Source: an uncultured Spirochaetota bacterium (GTDB taxonomy: Bacteria > Spirochaetota > Spirochaetia > SZUA-6 > Fen-1364). Taken from it: a stretch of 64,000 nucleotides of DNA. The stretch covers positions 23,523 to 87,522 of the forward strand of contig CAWGAC010000020.1 in NCBI GenBank assembly GCA_963820435.1. Direction: 5' to 3'. How positions within the stretch are numbered: position 1 is the stretch's first letter; each line of letters begins with the position of its first letter. The translations under genes were made by a program, and so were the position numbers. Below are positions 1 through 10,411 of this stretch, in pieces. The notes under the pieces are model-generated. The model saw only the letters and a program-made list of their open reading frames with translations, did no database searches and had not been told where the DNA came from.

Positions 1-1012
1 ACCCGAGCTGACGCGGGTCCGCTTCGACATGCTCTTCCGATCCGCTGTGCTCCCCCCTTACGGCGTGCAGCCCGACACGCCCGCCGAAGCGCTTGCGCAA
101 ACGGCGGCGGGATCTCAGCTGCCCGTGGAGCTGGTGTATTCGCGCACCCTCTGGCATGGCAGACCCGCCATCGCTGTTCTCATCCGTGACATCACACGCA
201 GAAAACGCGAAGAGGAAATGGCCCAGGTGCAGCAGCAGAACGTCATGCGCATGGACAAGCTCACGTCCCTCGGTGTGCTCGCCGCGGGCCTGGCGCACGA
301 GATCAGCGTGCCCAACCAGGTGATTATCTCCAACGCATCTCTGCTCTCCCGCGCGTCACCCCAGCTGGCCGCCATGCTCGAAGCGGCCGCTGCCGGGACC
401 GAGGGACTTCTGATCGGGGGGCTGGAGGCCGCGGAGTTCCGTGACCGCTGGCCCGAGATGCTTGCCGCGTTCGTGAAGAGCTCCACCCTCATCGACGGGA
501 TCATCCGGAACCTTCGGGACTTCAGCGTGGACTCACCGGGCCGGGGCACGGCACTGTTCGACGTCAACACCGCCATCCGCAACGCAGTCGACCTCCTGGG
601 CGCCTATATCAGGAGAGCCACGGACCATTTCACGTTGGAGCTGCACTCCGGCCTTCCCAGGACGCGCGGCAGCGCGCAGAGACTCGAGCAGGTGTTCATC
701 AATCTCATCCTGAACGCTTGCCAGTCTCTTGGCGGCAGGGACAAGGCTATCACCGTGCGCAGCCGCCCGGGCGACTCGCGCGCCACCCTGCAGGTCATTG
801 TCCATGACGAGGGCGCGGGCATCCCGGCGGAGATCCTGCCTCGCGTGCGGGAAGCGTTCTTCACCACCCGCGAGGCACACGGGGGCACCGGCCTCGGGCT
901 GCATGTGTCCCAGGCGATCGTCACCGCCCACGGCGGAACGCTGGAGCTGACCTCGAAGCCGGGGGTCGGCACCGAGGCGACGGTGACCCTTCCCGCGGAG
1001 GCGGAAGAATGA
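1..1012 (+). CDS. sensor histidine kinase, 5'-partial (PAS end + HisKA + HATPase_c)
   Basis: ORF 29..1012 stays open in frame back to the window start. The H-box is LAHEISVPNQ and the G2 box is GGTGLGLHVSQAIVTAHGG. Confidence 0.85.
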   Translation, partial: PELTRVRFDMLFRSAVLPPYGVQPDTPAEALAQTAAGSQLPVELVYSRTLWHGRPAIAVLIRDITRRKREEEMAQVQQQNVMRMDKLTSLGVLAAGLAHEISVPNQVIISNASLLSRASPQLAAMLEAAAAGTEGLLIGGLEAAEFRDRWPEMLAAFVKSSTLIDGIIRNLRDFSVDSPGRGTALFDVNTAIRNAVDLLGAYIRRATDHFTLELHSGLPRTRGSAQRLEQVFINLILNACQSLGGRDKAITVRSRPGDSRATLQVIVHDEGAGIPAEILPRVREAFFTTREAHGGTGLGLHVSQAIVTAHGGTLELTSKPGVGTEATVTLPAEAEE

Positions 1013-1197
1013 GCGCAAGTCGAATCCCTGAGAACCCGATCCTCCTTGTCGACGACGAGCAGCCGGTCATCGACAGAGTCTCATGCTCAGGTCCAACGGG
1101 ATCGACACCGGAGGAACGTCGTCCTCTCCATGCCCCACCTGCAGCGCTCCGAAGGGGCGCGATGGGATGCCATGCTGTTCGATGGCAAAGGGTATAG
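1009..1197 (+). pseudogene. response regulator receiver remnant (only ~20 N-terminal codons recognisable)
   Basis: ATGA overlap with the kinase stop. The peptide begins ILLVDDEQPVIDRVS (the receiver D-D motif). All three frames then lose receiver similarity within ~150 bp. Confidence 0.45.
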
Positions 1198-1493
1198 GGG
1201 GAATTGCTCAGCAGTTGGGAATCAAACTTGATAAGGACTTGCAGGCTCTGTGAAGGCCCGGGACCTAAGCTTCCGGGTGCCGATACCTGACCTTCTGCGT
1301 GAGTATCTGCTTCAGGGCGGTGGAGACGATCTTGCCCTTGTTGGCTTCCAGCTCGTCGTCTCCCGCGAGATTGATCTGAATGCTGCGCTTCATTGCCGCG
1401 CAGGTCATTTCATATACGTTGCCCTGGAAGCTTTCCAGGAGATCCAGAGGAAGTACCATGGTGGTCAGATTGTACTGCTTTTTCCGATGTTGA

Positions 1494-2082
1494 TCAAGGC
1501 ATGCGGGATCGAGGAGGCCCTGCCCCCGGCAGCTCGGCCGCATGCGCGACAATTTCCTCGGCAACTTCTTCCTGGCTCAAGGACGTCGGTATCCACCACC
1601 AGGGCGGCGAAGCCGAACCGGTCAACGTCATAGCCGTACAGACCGGGAATAGCGGTCGTCGGTCCCGTCGGTCCCGCTCATCCGTTTCCAGCAGCGTGAC
1701 GGCCGGGTCCTTGGCTTCACGCTTCGCAATCCTGCCTGCCCTGATTTCCAGGGGGGCGCGCAGGTAGACGGTGAAGGCGGTGTCGCGGAGGAGCCAGATG
1801 GCCAGGCGCGAGCCCAGCACGACATCCCCCCTGCTCCGCGAGCCGAACCTGCATCCGGTCGATGGTAAGGTCGTACTGAGGATCCACTTCCGCTCTGCGG
1901 CAGATCTCCTCGAAGCTCAATCCCTGCTCCCGCGCCAGGTCCTTGAAGGTGTAGTTGATGAGGCGAAGCCCGAGCCTGTCGGCAACGAGCCGGGAGACGG
2001 TGGAGTTCCCGCAGCCGCTCTTTCCCGAGATCGCGATGCGCAGCCTGCCGTCCCGCGTGCCGGGCCCAGGTTCATTCGACAT
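1494..2082 (-). CDS. cytidylate kinase-like family protein (Cytidylate_kin2-like), frameshifted in this assembly
   Basis: N-terminal P-loop IAISGKSGCGNSTV (ORF 1717..2082). The C-terminal part YLRAPLEIRAGRIAKRE...SLSQEEVAEEIVAHAAEL lies in a second frame (ORF 1494..1820). At least one frameshift. Confidence 0.7.
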
Positions 2083-2938
2083 TACGCAATTGCTCCCGTA
2101 TCTTCTCCAGAGAGTCTTTCACCGCGATCACCGCCTGGTCGATCTCCAGGCTGATGCTCTTGGACCCGATGGTGTTGATTTCCCTGCCCAGCTCCTGGCA
2201 GACGAAATCCAGCCGCTTTCCCTGCTGCCCGTCCCGTCCGAGGGCATCCCGAAGGCTCTCCAGGTGCGCCTTCATGCGCTGCACCTCCTCGTTGACGTCG
2301 GACCGCATGAGCTGCACGGCGGTCTCCGCGAGGATGCGCGATTCATCCACCCCTTCTCCCAGCAGCTCCTTGAAGCGCTCCCGCAGCCCTTCCTTGATCC
2401 TGCTCTCGATCTCCGGTACCTGCGCTTCGATGCCGGCCAGGCGCACCCGGATTTCTTCAGCGCATTTGCCGATGTCCTGCTCGGTCTTGCGTCCCTCCGC
2501 GGCGCGGGACTGGTCGAATTCGGCGAACACCTTTTCCAGAAGCGGCGTGAGCAGCGCCCAGAGCGCCTCGGGGTCCTTGCGGCTCACCGTTTTCAGCACC
2601 CCCTCCAGTCCCATCAGCGCAGTCAGCCCCGGCCTCTCGCGCACCCCCGCCAGCCGTCTCAACTCCTCCAGGGCAGTCAGATAGGTGCGCACCCGGGCAT
2701 GGTCGACGAATACGTCGCTTTCCTCTTCCAGCTCCGTGACGGAGAGATAGAACTCGACCTTGCCCCTCTGGATGCGGGCGGAAAGGTATTCACGCACCCG
2801 CGGCTCGAGCTGCTTGATGCTGTACGGCAGATTGATGAACAGATCGAGGTACCGGTTGTTGTACGAGCGCATCTCCAGCACCATGTGAACGCGGCTGTCG
2901 CGGTGCTCTCCGTGGCCGAAACCCGTCATGCTCTTCAT
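2072..2938 (-). CDS. yicC: YicC-family stress-induced protein (UPF0701)
   Basis: 288 aa, intact. It has the characteristic MKSMTGFG N-terminus and the C-terminal coiled-coil region typical of YicC. Confidence 0.85.
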   Translation of the reverse strand: MKSMTGFGHGEHRDSRVHMVLEMRSYNNRYLDLFINLPYSIKQLEPRVREYLSARIQRGKVEFYLSVTELEEESDVFVDHARVRTYLTALEELRRLAGVRERPGLTALMGLEGVLKTVSRKDPEALWALLTPLLEKVFAEFDQSRAAEGRKTEQDIGKCAEEIRVRLAGIEAQVPEIESRIKEGLRERFKELLGEGVDESRILAETAVQLMRSDVNEEVQRMKAHLESLRDALGRDGQQGKRLDFVCQELGREINTIGSKSISLEIDQAVIAVKDSLEKIREQLRNVE

Positions 2939-4458
2939 CGCGCTCCCCCGAACATGGAGAGAAGCTCCCGACCGAGCTTCCAGTTGTCTCCCGCTCCCAT
3001 GGTGAGGAAAAGATCGCCGGGCTTCAGCTCCGAGACAAGAAAAGGAGCTGCATCGATCGGCTCCGGGAAGTATTTCACGCGGGGGTGGTTCCGCAACACT
3101 TCCTGGTAGAGGTCCCCGGCCGTGATCCCGCCATCATCCTGTTCTCGTGCGGAGGCGTAGATTCGGTGCAGGATCACGCTGTCCGCCGCATGGAAGCATT
3201 TCCCGAACTCGGGCAGGAGGGCGCGCGTGCGCGAATACGTGTGAGACATGAAGTCAACAACAAGGCGCCTCTCAGGATAAAAACTGCGAATTCCCGCCAG
3301 CGTTTTCTCGATTGCAGTGGGGTGATGCGCGTAATCATCCATGAAGAGAACCCCGCCCGCCTCACCCACGATCTCGCTGCGTCTCCTGCTGCCCGTAAAC
3401 GACTCGATGGCGCGCGCCGCGGCTGTCACGTCCATGGCCGCGCCTTCACCGCGGCGCGGTACTCCGCCCATTCTCTCATCCCGCTCCGCTTCCCACAGGA
3501 GACTGCAAAGCGCGAGGGCAGCGGCGGCGTTCAGCACATTGTGCGCGCCGGGGATCCTGAGCGTGAATGGGCTCTGCCAGCCGGCGAGGGCGAACCTCGT
3601 GCGCCCATTCCCGGCCTCTTCACGGCTGACGTTGAACGGTCCGGCGGCGCTCCTGCCGTAGGGTAGCATCACCAGGTCGGTCCTTTGCGCGTGAATGCGC
3701 GCCGCTGCCGTCCGTGCGCCGGGGTCGTCGTTGCAGTAGATCAGCGCGCCGCCGGGCGGGAGGGATGTGCCATATGACGTAAAGGCGGAAAGCATGTCCT
3801 CCAGGTCACGAAAATAATCGAGATGGTCGGGCTCGATGCTGGTGATCACGATCCGCTTCGCGCGGAAGTTCAGGAAGTGACGGCGGTACTCGCAGGTTTC
3901 GGCCACCAGAAAACGGTCCCCCTGGACAAGTGTCGAGCGGCCGCCGAAGGAGGGCACCTCCGCGCCCACGAGCACCGTGGCGGGAAATCCCCATTCCTTC
4001 AGAATTGCGCCGCACAGGGCGGTGGTCGTCGATTTCCCGTGCACGCCGCTGATGCCGCTGGAGTCGGAAACCCCGGAGAGCAGACCGAGCGCTTCAGGGT
4101 AGCTGAGGGTAGGGATGCCGCGGGCCGCCGCGGCAATGAGCTCGGGGTTCTCATCCTTCCTGTATGCCGCGGAGTGCACGACAAGCCGCGCATCCGCCGG
4201 CAGGTTTTCGGCGGCAAAACATTCGCGATAAGGAATGAAGAGATGCTGCAGGAGGGCGTCCGTATAGAATTTTTCCGCCGTGTCTGAACCGGTGATCCGC
4301 GCTCCGCGCGCGGAAAGGATTTCAGCAAGGGCGGCCATTCCCGTGCCCTTGATGCCCACAAGGTGGACCGGAAAGCCGGAGAGGGATTCAGGCAACCGGA
4401 ATGTCTCGGTCACAGGCGATGCCGGGGCGGCGCTGCATTGTTCGACGATCTGACACAA
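2935..4458 (-). CDS. murC: UDP-N-acetylmuramate--L-alanine ligase
   Basis: 507-aa intact ORF. Motifs GIKGTGMAALAE and GVHGKSTTTAL (Mur ligase P-loop) are present. The true start may be internal. Confidence 0.88.
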   Translation of the reverse strand: MCQIVEQCSAAPASPVTETFRLPESLSGFPVHLVGIKGTGMAALAEILSARGARITGSDTAEKFYTDALLQHLFIPYRECFAAENLPADARLVVHSAAYRKDENPELIAAAARGIPTLSYPEALGLLSGVSDSSGISGVHGKSTTTALCGAILKEWGFPATVLVGAEVPSFGGRSTLVQGDRFLVAETCEYRRHFLNFRAKRIVITSIEPDHLDYFRDLEDMLSAFTSYGTSLPPGGALIYCNDDPGARTAAARIHAQRTDLVMLPYGRSAAGPFNVSREEAGNGRTRFALAGWQSPFTLRIPGAHNVLNAAAALALCSLLWEAERDERMGGVPRRGEGAAMDVTAAARAIESFTGSRRRSEIVGEAGGVLFMDDYAHHPTAIEKTLAGIRSFYPERRLVVDFMSHTYSRTRALLPEFGKCFHAADSVILHRIYASAREQDDGGITAGDLYQEVLRNHPRVKYFPEPIDAAPFLVSELKPGDLFLTMGAGDNWKLGRELLSMFGGAR

Positions 4459-4536
4459 TGTGCCACTGTGTCTGGCACTGTAGCACCGGGTACGGAAGGG
4501 ATCAAGACACGGACACGGACCGCCCGCTCAGGAGCC

Positions 4537-5941
4537 CTACTCCGCCGCGTCGGCGTCGGAGACGGGGAAGCCGTTCTCCCGCGCCGTTTTGGCGTACCAC
4601 CGGCCCGAGTCCTTCAGCACCCGGTTCTGCGTTTCATAGTCAACCCAGGTCATGCCGAACCGCTTGGTGAACCCGAATCCCCATTCGAAATTGTCCATGA
4701 AGGACCAGAGGAAATACCCGCGAATGTCGGCTCCGTCGGAGATGGCCTGCCGGACCGCGGCCGCATGACGCGCGATGTAGCGCACGCCGCACCGGATCGT
4801 GCACTACTCCGTCCGGCCCCGGTGCATCCCGCAGTGACGTGCCGTTTTCAGTAACGTACATGAACCCCGGGTGGTATTCCCGATGCATGCGGAGCAGGGT
4901 TCGGTACAGCCCCTCCGGCGCCATCTCCCACTCCTCGAAATCCGCCCGGGGAACAAATGGCCAGTGCACCTGCCGGGCGGCCCACACGGCTCTGCCCGGC
5001 AGTGCCCCGGCCCGCCGGATCATGCGCAATCACCCTGCGGGTGTAGAAATTGACGCCGAGAAAATCGACGGGAGCTGCAATTGTCTCCATGTCCCCGGGA
5101 GAGATGACGGGCGCGTCCGGCCCATACCAGGCGGACATGTCCCCGGGGTAGGAGCCGCGGAATATCGGATCCAGGAACCACCGGTTGAACGCGCCGTCGT
5201 GCCGCATGGCCGCGGCAACGTCCTCCTCCCGGAGAGAGGCCGGCTCGATCCATTCGAGGTTGTGTACGATCCCGACGCGCGCGCCGCGCGGAATTGGCGC
5301 GGATGACCGGCACCGCGCGGCCGTGAGAGAGGAGTATTCCGTGCGCCACGGAGAGGGCCGTGCGCAGGTCCTTGAGTCCCGGCGCGTGGTCCCCGAAAAG
5401 ATGTCCCACGAACGCGACCACCCACGGCTCATTGTGCGTCATCCAGTCCTTTACCCGGTCCCCCAGCCGCTTGGTGACCGCCTCCACATAACGGACAAAC
5501 GCGTCCACAGTGGCACGATTGGCCCAGCCGCCGCGCTCCTGCAGCGTCTGGGGAAGGTCCCAGTGGAAGAGCGTGGCAAACGGACGTATCCCCCGCGCAA
5601 GCATGCGCGTCCACCAGCCGCTCGTAGAAATCGAGTCCTTTCGGGTTGATTGCGCCGTCCCCGTCGGGGAACACGCGCGGCCAGGCAATGGAGAACCGAT
5701 AGGCCTGAAGGCCGAGATCCTTCATGAGGTCGAGGTCGGCAAGATAGCGGTGGTAATGGTCGCACGCCAGGCGGCCGTCCTTGCCGTCTACGGTCTTCCC
5801 CGGGGTGCCGGCAAATCGATCCCAGATCGACTCGCCCTTCCCGTCCTCGTCCTTGGCCCCTTCGATCTGGTAGGCGGCGGTCGCCGTTCCCCAGACGAAC
5901 CCGTCGGGAAAACGAAGAAAATCTCGGTCGGCCATGATCAC
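4537..5941 (-). CDS. GH1 beta-glucosidase, split over at least 5 reading frames (frameshifted in this assembly)
   Basis: ORFs 5429..5941 ([19 protein letters not shown]), 5020..5688, 4848..5432, 4640..5029 (YVTENG) and 4537..4785 ([14 protein letters not shown]) together tile a complete GH1 enzyme. Confidence 0.8.
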
Positions 5942-6807
5942 CCCTTCAGCGCACCGGCAGTGACGCCGGCCATGATCCGCTTCGAGAAGAAAAAGTAGAG
6001 CACAAGCGGTACGACGGCGACGAGGGTCATGCAGGCAAATTGTATCGCGTAGTCCGAACGATACTCACCCTGGAACTTGATGATGGCAAAAGGCAGCGTG
6101 CGCAGGTCATCCGTGGCCAGGTACGTGTAGGCCATGATGAACTCGTTCCAGTTGTTGAGGAAGGTCATGACGCAGACGGTCACCGTTGCGCCTCCTGACA
6201 TGGGGGCAACGACATTCCAGAAGATCCGGGGCCAGGAGGCGCCGTCCATGAATGCGGACTCCTCCATGGACCGGGGCAGGGTCCTGAGCTGGCCCATGTA
6301 CACCAGCGTGTTGAAGCTCAGCGTGAAAGCCACATACGGGATGATGAGACCCAGGTGGGTGTTGATCAGCCCGAAATAGCTGAACCAGAGAAAGTTGGGC
6401 AGCAGCGTGGTGTGGATGGGCACCACCATGCCGAGTGTGACCGCCAGCATGGCGATGGGACGGAGCTTCCATTTCATTCGTGTGACGGCATAGGCCAGGC
6501 AGAAGGAAATGAAGACGGATGCCGCCACCGAGGTTACGACCACGATCGTGCTGTTCACGAAATAGCGCAGGATCTTCCCGTCAACCCAGGCGCGGACGTA
6601 GTTGCCCCACTGAGGGACAAGCGGGATCTTGAGCAGCTCGGTGCCGAAGAGATCCCCGGACTTCAGGATCGAGTAGTTGAAGACCCAGAGCAGGGGGAAT
6701 AACTGGAGGAAAGCGAGCAGGATGAGAAACGCATACAGGATCGTCTTCCCGATGGACTTCAACGCATTCGGCCGGACGCCGGCCATTGCCCCGCTACTGC
6801 GCGTCAT
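5938..6807 (-). CDS. carbohydrate ABC transporter permease (CUT1, MalG-like)
   Basis: 289 aa with 6 predicted TM segments and an EAA-type loop region ([15 protein letters not shown]). Intact. Confidence 0.85.
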   Translation of the reverse strand: MTRSSGAMAGVRPNALKSIGKTILYAFLILLAFLQLFPLLWVFNYSILKSGDLFGTELLKIPLVPQWGNYVRAWVDGKILRYFVNSTIVVVTSVAASVFISFCLAYAVTRMKWKLRPIAMLAVTLGMVVPIHTTLLPNFLWFSYFGLINTHLGLIIPYVAFTLSFNTLVYMGQLRTLPRSMEESAFMDGASWPRIFWNVVAPMSGGATVTVCVMTFLNNWNEFIMAYTYLATDDLRTLPFAIIKFQGEYRSDYAIQFACMTLVAVVPLVLYFFFSKRIMAGVTAGALKG

Positions 6808-7745
6808 CGTTGCGCCTCAGGACCTGCTGCACCACGAGCGTAAGGCCCACCGCCACTGCAACGAACAGAACAGAGAGGGCGTTGCCGTAGCCGTACGCGC
6901 TCGCAACGAAGGCTTTTTGATAGAGATAAACGGAAACAAATTGCGTCAGAAATCCCGGCCCGCCATCGGTGGAAAGAAAAATCATTTCCATCTGCCGCAA
7001 GGACGAAATCACGTCGATCACGAGGACCGCGGAAATGACGGGAAACATGAAGGGAATGATGATGCGCGAATATGCCTGAAACCATCGCGCGCCGTCTACG
7101 CGCGCCGCCTCTTCGATCTCCTTGGGCACCGTCATCAGCCCCGTATAGTAGAAGAGCAGAGCCCACCCGAAGCCCTGCCAGAGAATGATCCAGAGGACCG
7201 ACCCCAGGGCTGTGTGCGGGTTGGAGAGCCAGGAAATGTTGACGCCCGTGAAGCCGATCACGTGAAGCATCTTGTTGAGGATGCCATACGTGGGGTTGAA
7301 GATGCTGACCCACAGCTTGGTGATCACCACGAGTGAGAGAACCGCCGGAACGAAGTAGACTGTGCGCAACACCCGGGAAAAGCGCGACGTCAGGTGGGAG
7401 ACGACGGCGGCAAGGGCGAACGCCGCGGGATTCTGGATGCAGATCGTGACCACCATGAGGATCAACGCGTTCATCAGGGCCCGCCAGAATACGGGGTCGG
7501 CCGTGAGTATCTCGCCGATAGTTCTCGAGGCCGATCATGTGGAATTTCCCGAATCCCGCCCAATCGGTGAGGCTGTAGTAGGCGGAGAACCCTATGGGCA
7601 CCACAAGGGAAAACACCATCACGGCAATGCCCGGCACCACCAGCGCGGCGACCACCTTTCCATTGCCGAACAAGCCTTTCACGCGCCAGACCTCCTTGCA
7701 TTGTCTGCAAAGAGCGGCGCCCTTGAAGGGCGCCGCCAGGGACAA
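6794..7745 (-). CDS. carbohydrate ABC transporter permease (CUT1, MalF-like), frameshifted
   Basis: ORF 6794..7474 is MalF-like and contains EIEEAARVDGA. The N-terminal TM segments sit in another frame (6804..7745). Confidence 0.75.
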
Positions 7746-7757
7746 TCAAAAAGAGAG

Positions 7758-9014
7758 CTAGTTCTGCTTCGATGCCTTTTCGGCCGAAGCCTCGAGCTTC
7801 TTGCAGAACTCTTCCGGCGTCACGAGGCCGGATGACAGCTCGCGGATGAAGTTCTGGTGGTCCTCGCCGAATTGCGGAGTTGACCGGTCGATAGTGGTAG
7901 TACCGCTCACCTTCTTCGCATCGCCCAGGATCTTGAGAAGAGTTTTGGCCACAGCGCTGTCGGATTCCCGTGCCGCGACCTTCTGCGCCGGGAATGCTGC
8001 CCCCTTCTCCCACGCCAGCCCAGGGAAGCGCTCGGCATAGTACTTGAGGTACTTCAGGTCGAGGTCCTTGTACTTCGAGGCGGAGCTGATGACGTAGTTG
8101 CCGCCGAACCAGGCTTCAAGATCGTCCACCTTTCCCTTGCCATTTTTCAGCACAGGGAACTTGAAGGCGTCCACATTGGCCCTGAACTCTTCGGAGAAGT
8201 TCGAGTCCGTGGCAAGTCCCATTTCCCAGGGGCCCATGATGTACATGGCTGCCTTGCCCTGGCCAAAGAGGTTGCGGGAGGCTCCGTAGTCGGAGACCAT
8301 CAGATCGTCCTGGAACAGACCCGACTGGACGAACTTGAGGTACTGCCGGGCGCCCTCGACAAAGTCAGGATCCGTGAAATTCGCCTTGCGGTCCAGCGCT
8401 GCCTGCTGACGGGAGAAGTCGCCGTTCACACGCTCGCAGAAAACGTCATAGGTTATGGACAGCGGCCATGCATCCTTGCCGTCCGTGACGATCGGGATGA
8501 TCCCCTTGGCCTTGAACTTCGGGGCAAGGGCCATCAGGTCTTCGATCGTCGTGGGCACCGAAGCTCCCGCGTCCTTGAACAGCTTCTTATTGTAGTAAAT
8601 GACCCAGAAGTCGCCGGAGACCGGAATGCCGTAGAGTTTCCCGCCGTACATGTTGCTCTCCAGGGAGCCGGACACGTAGCCGTATTTCGCGAAATCCGCC
8701 TTGTTGAGCTCCATCACGAACCCGCCGTCCACAAGGGGCTTCAGCCGCGTAGAAAAGCTCCAGTACTTGAAGACGTCCGGAAGCTGCTTCGCGGTGGCGT
8801 AAATCTTGATCTTCTGCTGGAGGGGTTGGTCGGGATAGCTTTCCGTAACGATCTCGACGCCCGGGTTGGCCGCCTTGAATTCGGCGTTGATCTGCTCGAT
8901 GACCGCGCCCCAGCCGTTGGTACGGTCAGGATGCGGGTCGGCCATCTTCAGGGTCTGCGCCCAGAGCCCGCTCGCAATGCACAGAGCGAGCGCTACGATG
9001 CCAAGTCTCTTCAT
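7758..9014 (-). CDS. extracellular solute-binding protein (sugar ABC transporter SBP, family 1)
   Basis: Start verified at ATG 9012-9014 with a GGAGG RBS. Signal peptide MKRLGIVALALCIASGLWAQ. SBP_bac_1-like body. Confidence 0.85.
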   Translation of the reverse strand: MKRLGIVALALCIASGLWAQTLKMADPHPDRTNGWGAVIEQINAEFKAANPGVEIVTESYPDQPLQQKIKIYATAKQLPDVFKYWSFSTRLKPLVDGGFVMELNKADFAKYGYVSGSLESNMYGGKLYGIPVSGDFWVIYYNKKLFKDAGASVPTTIEDLMALAPKFKAKGIIPIVTDGKDAWPLSITYDVFCERVNGDFSRQQAALDRKANFTDPDFVEGARQYLKFVQSGLFQDDLMVSDYGASRNLFGQGKAAMYIMGPWEMGLATDSNFSEEFRANVDAFKFPVLKNGKGKVDDLEAWFGGNYVISSASKYKDLDLKYLKYYAERFPGLAWEKGAAFPAQKVAARESDSAVAKTLLKILGDAKKVSGTTTIDRSTPQFGEDHQNFIRELSSGLVTPEEFCKKLEASAEKASKQN

Positions 9015-9196
9015 AGATCCCTCCTTCATCTGATTGCGCCGACCTTGCACGGTACTCCGTGCGGTTTTCGGCGGATTTTGGATGACGAGAGGGAGTATCC
9101 CATTGTGTGCGGGACCCGTGAATGACGTGTATTCCGGTAGTTTGACGAATTCTCCGACAAAACGCGGTTTCGGCACGCCCGCGAGCGGTCGCTCGA

Positions 9197-10411
9197 TCAC
9201 CCATCCGAGCCCTCGCTCCCCCGCGGCCACGCGCTTGGGCTGAGACCGGTGAGCTTCTTGAAAACCCGGCTGAAGTGCTCAACGTTGGGGTAGCCCACCC
9301 GCTCACCCACCTCGTACACCTTCAGGCGGGAAGAGGAAAGAAGCCTTTTGGCCTCCTCGATCCGGACCTGCGCAAGGTGTCCCATCAGCGTCTCCCCGGT
9401 TTCCCGCGCGAACTCCCAGCTCAGGTGGTTCTTCGAAACGCCTGCTTTTTCTGCAATTTCCGAAAGCGAGATGCCTGGATTCCCGTAATGATCGCGAATG
9501 AAGCGTCTTGCGACGACAACGATCCGGGATTCCACGCTGCGGCCGGCCAGAAGACCGCGATACATGGACGGTATCGATTCAAGGCTTTCACACACCTTGC
9601 CATGGACGAACGAGGTGTGCACGGACAGATAGCGCTCCATGTACTCCCGTGCGTCCTCGCAGAAACCCTGCGCAGCGGCTTCGTGACCGGTGAAAAACAC
9701 AACCGCGTGATCGGGTCTGACGATCACGACCTCCCCCGATCCTCTCTTCGCAAGCACCTGCGCAAGAGAACGTTCCACCATGGCTGAAAAACGGGCCAGG
9801 CCCTCCTCGCGATGGCGGAGGGAGACCTCTTCGAAATCCTTGACCCAGAACGCGCACAGGAAAAAAGGCGGCGCCAGTGACACGCCCAGTCCGGCCAGCA
9901 CTTCCGCCTGGTCCGCTCCGGCAGGCCCGGCAAGAAGATCCTTCAACGTCTGTGCGCGCAGGAACTCGACCTGCGTGCGTTCGAGAATCGAGGAGGTGCG
10001 CTCCCGGGACTCTTCGATCCCCTCGGCTGTTGCGCGCAGAAGGGCGAGGAGCGATTCCCCCTCCATCTCCGCTTTCAGCACGTAGTCCCGCGCCCCGAGA
10101 GTGAAAGCGGTGCGGACAAGATGAAAGTCGTCGTAGGCGGAGAGCACGATCACGGCAACCGGATTCTCTCTCCGGCCGCCCTCCCCTGCGGCGACACGGC
10201 GCAGAAACTCGATGCCGTCCATCACCGGCATCGTGATATCCAGCAATACCATGTCGATCTCGGGATGGGCGGCGAGGACCGCAAGGGCCTCCCGCCCATT
10301 GGAGGCCTCGAAGCGCAGAGAAAAGCCGTCCTCTTCCCATTGGCGAAGGCTGGCGAGAGAAAGCCGCACAAAGGGCTCATCGTCCACGAGGAGGACGCTA
10401 TGCATCACCAC
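9197..10411 (-). CDS. two-component response regulator, CheY receiver + AraC-type HTH (YesN-like)
   Basis: N-terminus LLVDDEPFVR...VLLDITMPVMDG. C-terminal AraC HTH (SLSEIAEKAGVSKNHLSWEFARETGETL...EHFSRVFKKLTG). Confidence 0.88.
   Translation of the reverse strand: MVMHSVLLVDDEPFVRLSLASLRQWEEDGFSLRFEASNGREALAVLAAHPEIDMVLLDITMPVMDGIEFLRRVAAGEGGRRENPVAVIVLSAYDDFHLVRTAFTLGARDYVLKAEMEGESLLALLRATAEGIEESRERTSSILERTQVEFLRAQTLKDLLAGPAGADQAEVLAGLGVSLAPPFFLCAFWVKDFEEVSLRHREEGLARFSAMVERSLAQVLAKRGSGEVVIVRPDHAVVFFTGHEAAAQGFCEDAREYMERYLSVHTSFVHGKVCESLESIPSMYRGLLAGRSVESRIVVVARRFIRDHYGNPGISLSEIAEKAGVSKNHLSWEFARETGETLMGHLAQVRIEEAKRLLSSSRLKVYEVGERVGYPNVEHFSRVFKKLTGLSPSAWPRGSEGSDG

Noticed and set aside
1265-1564. 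99-aa minus-strand ORF downstream of the cmk-like gene (MPRKLSRMRPSCRG...)
   Set aside because: There is no recognisable similarity and an Arg/Cys-rich, composition-driven start. It overlaps a 127-aa plus-strand ORF of equally poor quality. It may be a remnant of the deleted response-regulator region.
4537-5941. GH1 beta-glucosidase broken into 5 frames interpreted as a decayed pseudogene
   Set aside because: The same indel pattern affects essential genes (accABCD, fabZ, ilv and leu genes). A compensating indel pair exists in fabZ. Assembly error is the more economical explanation, so the gene is called a CDS.
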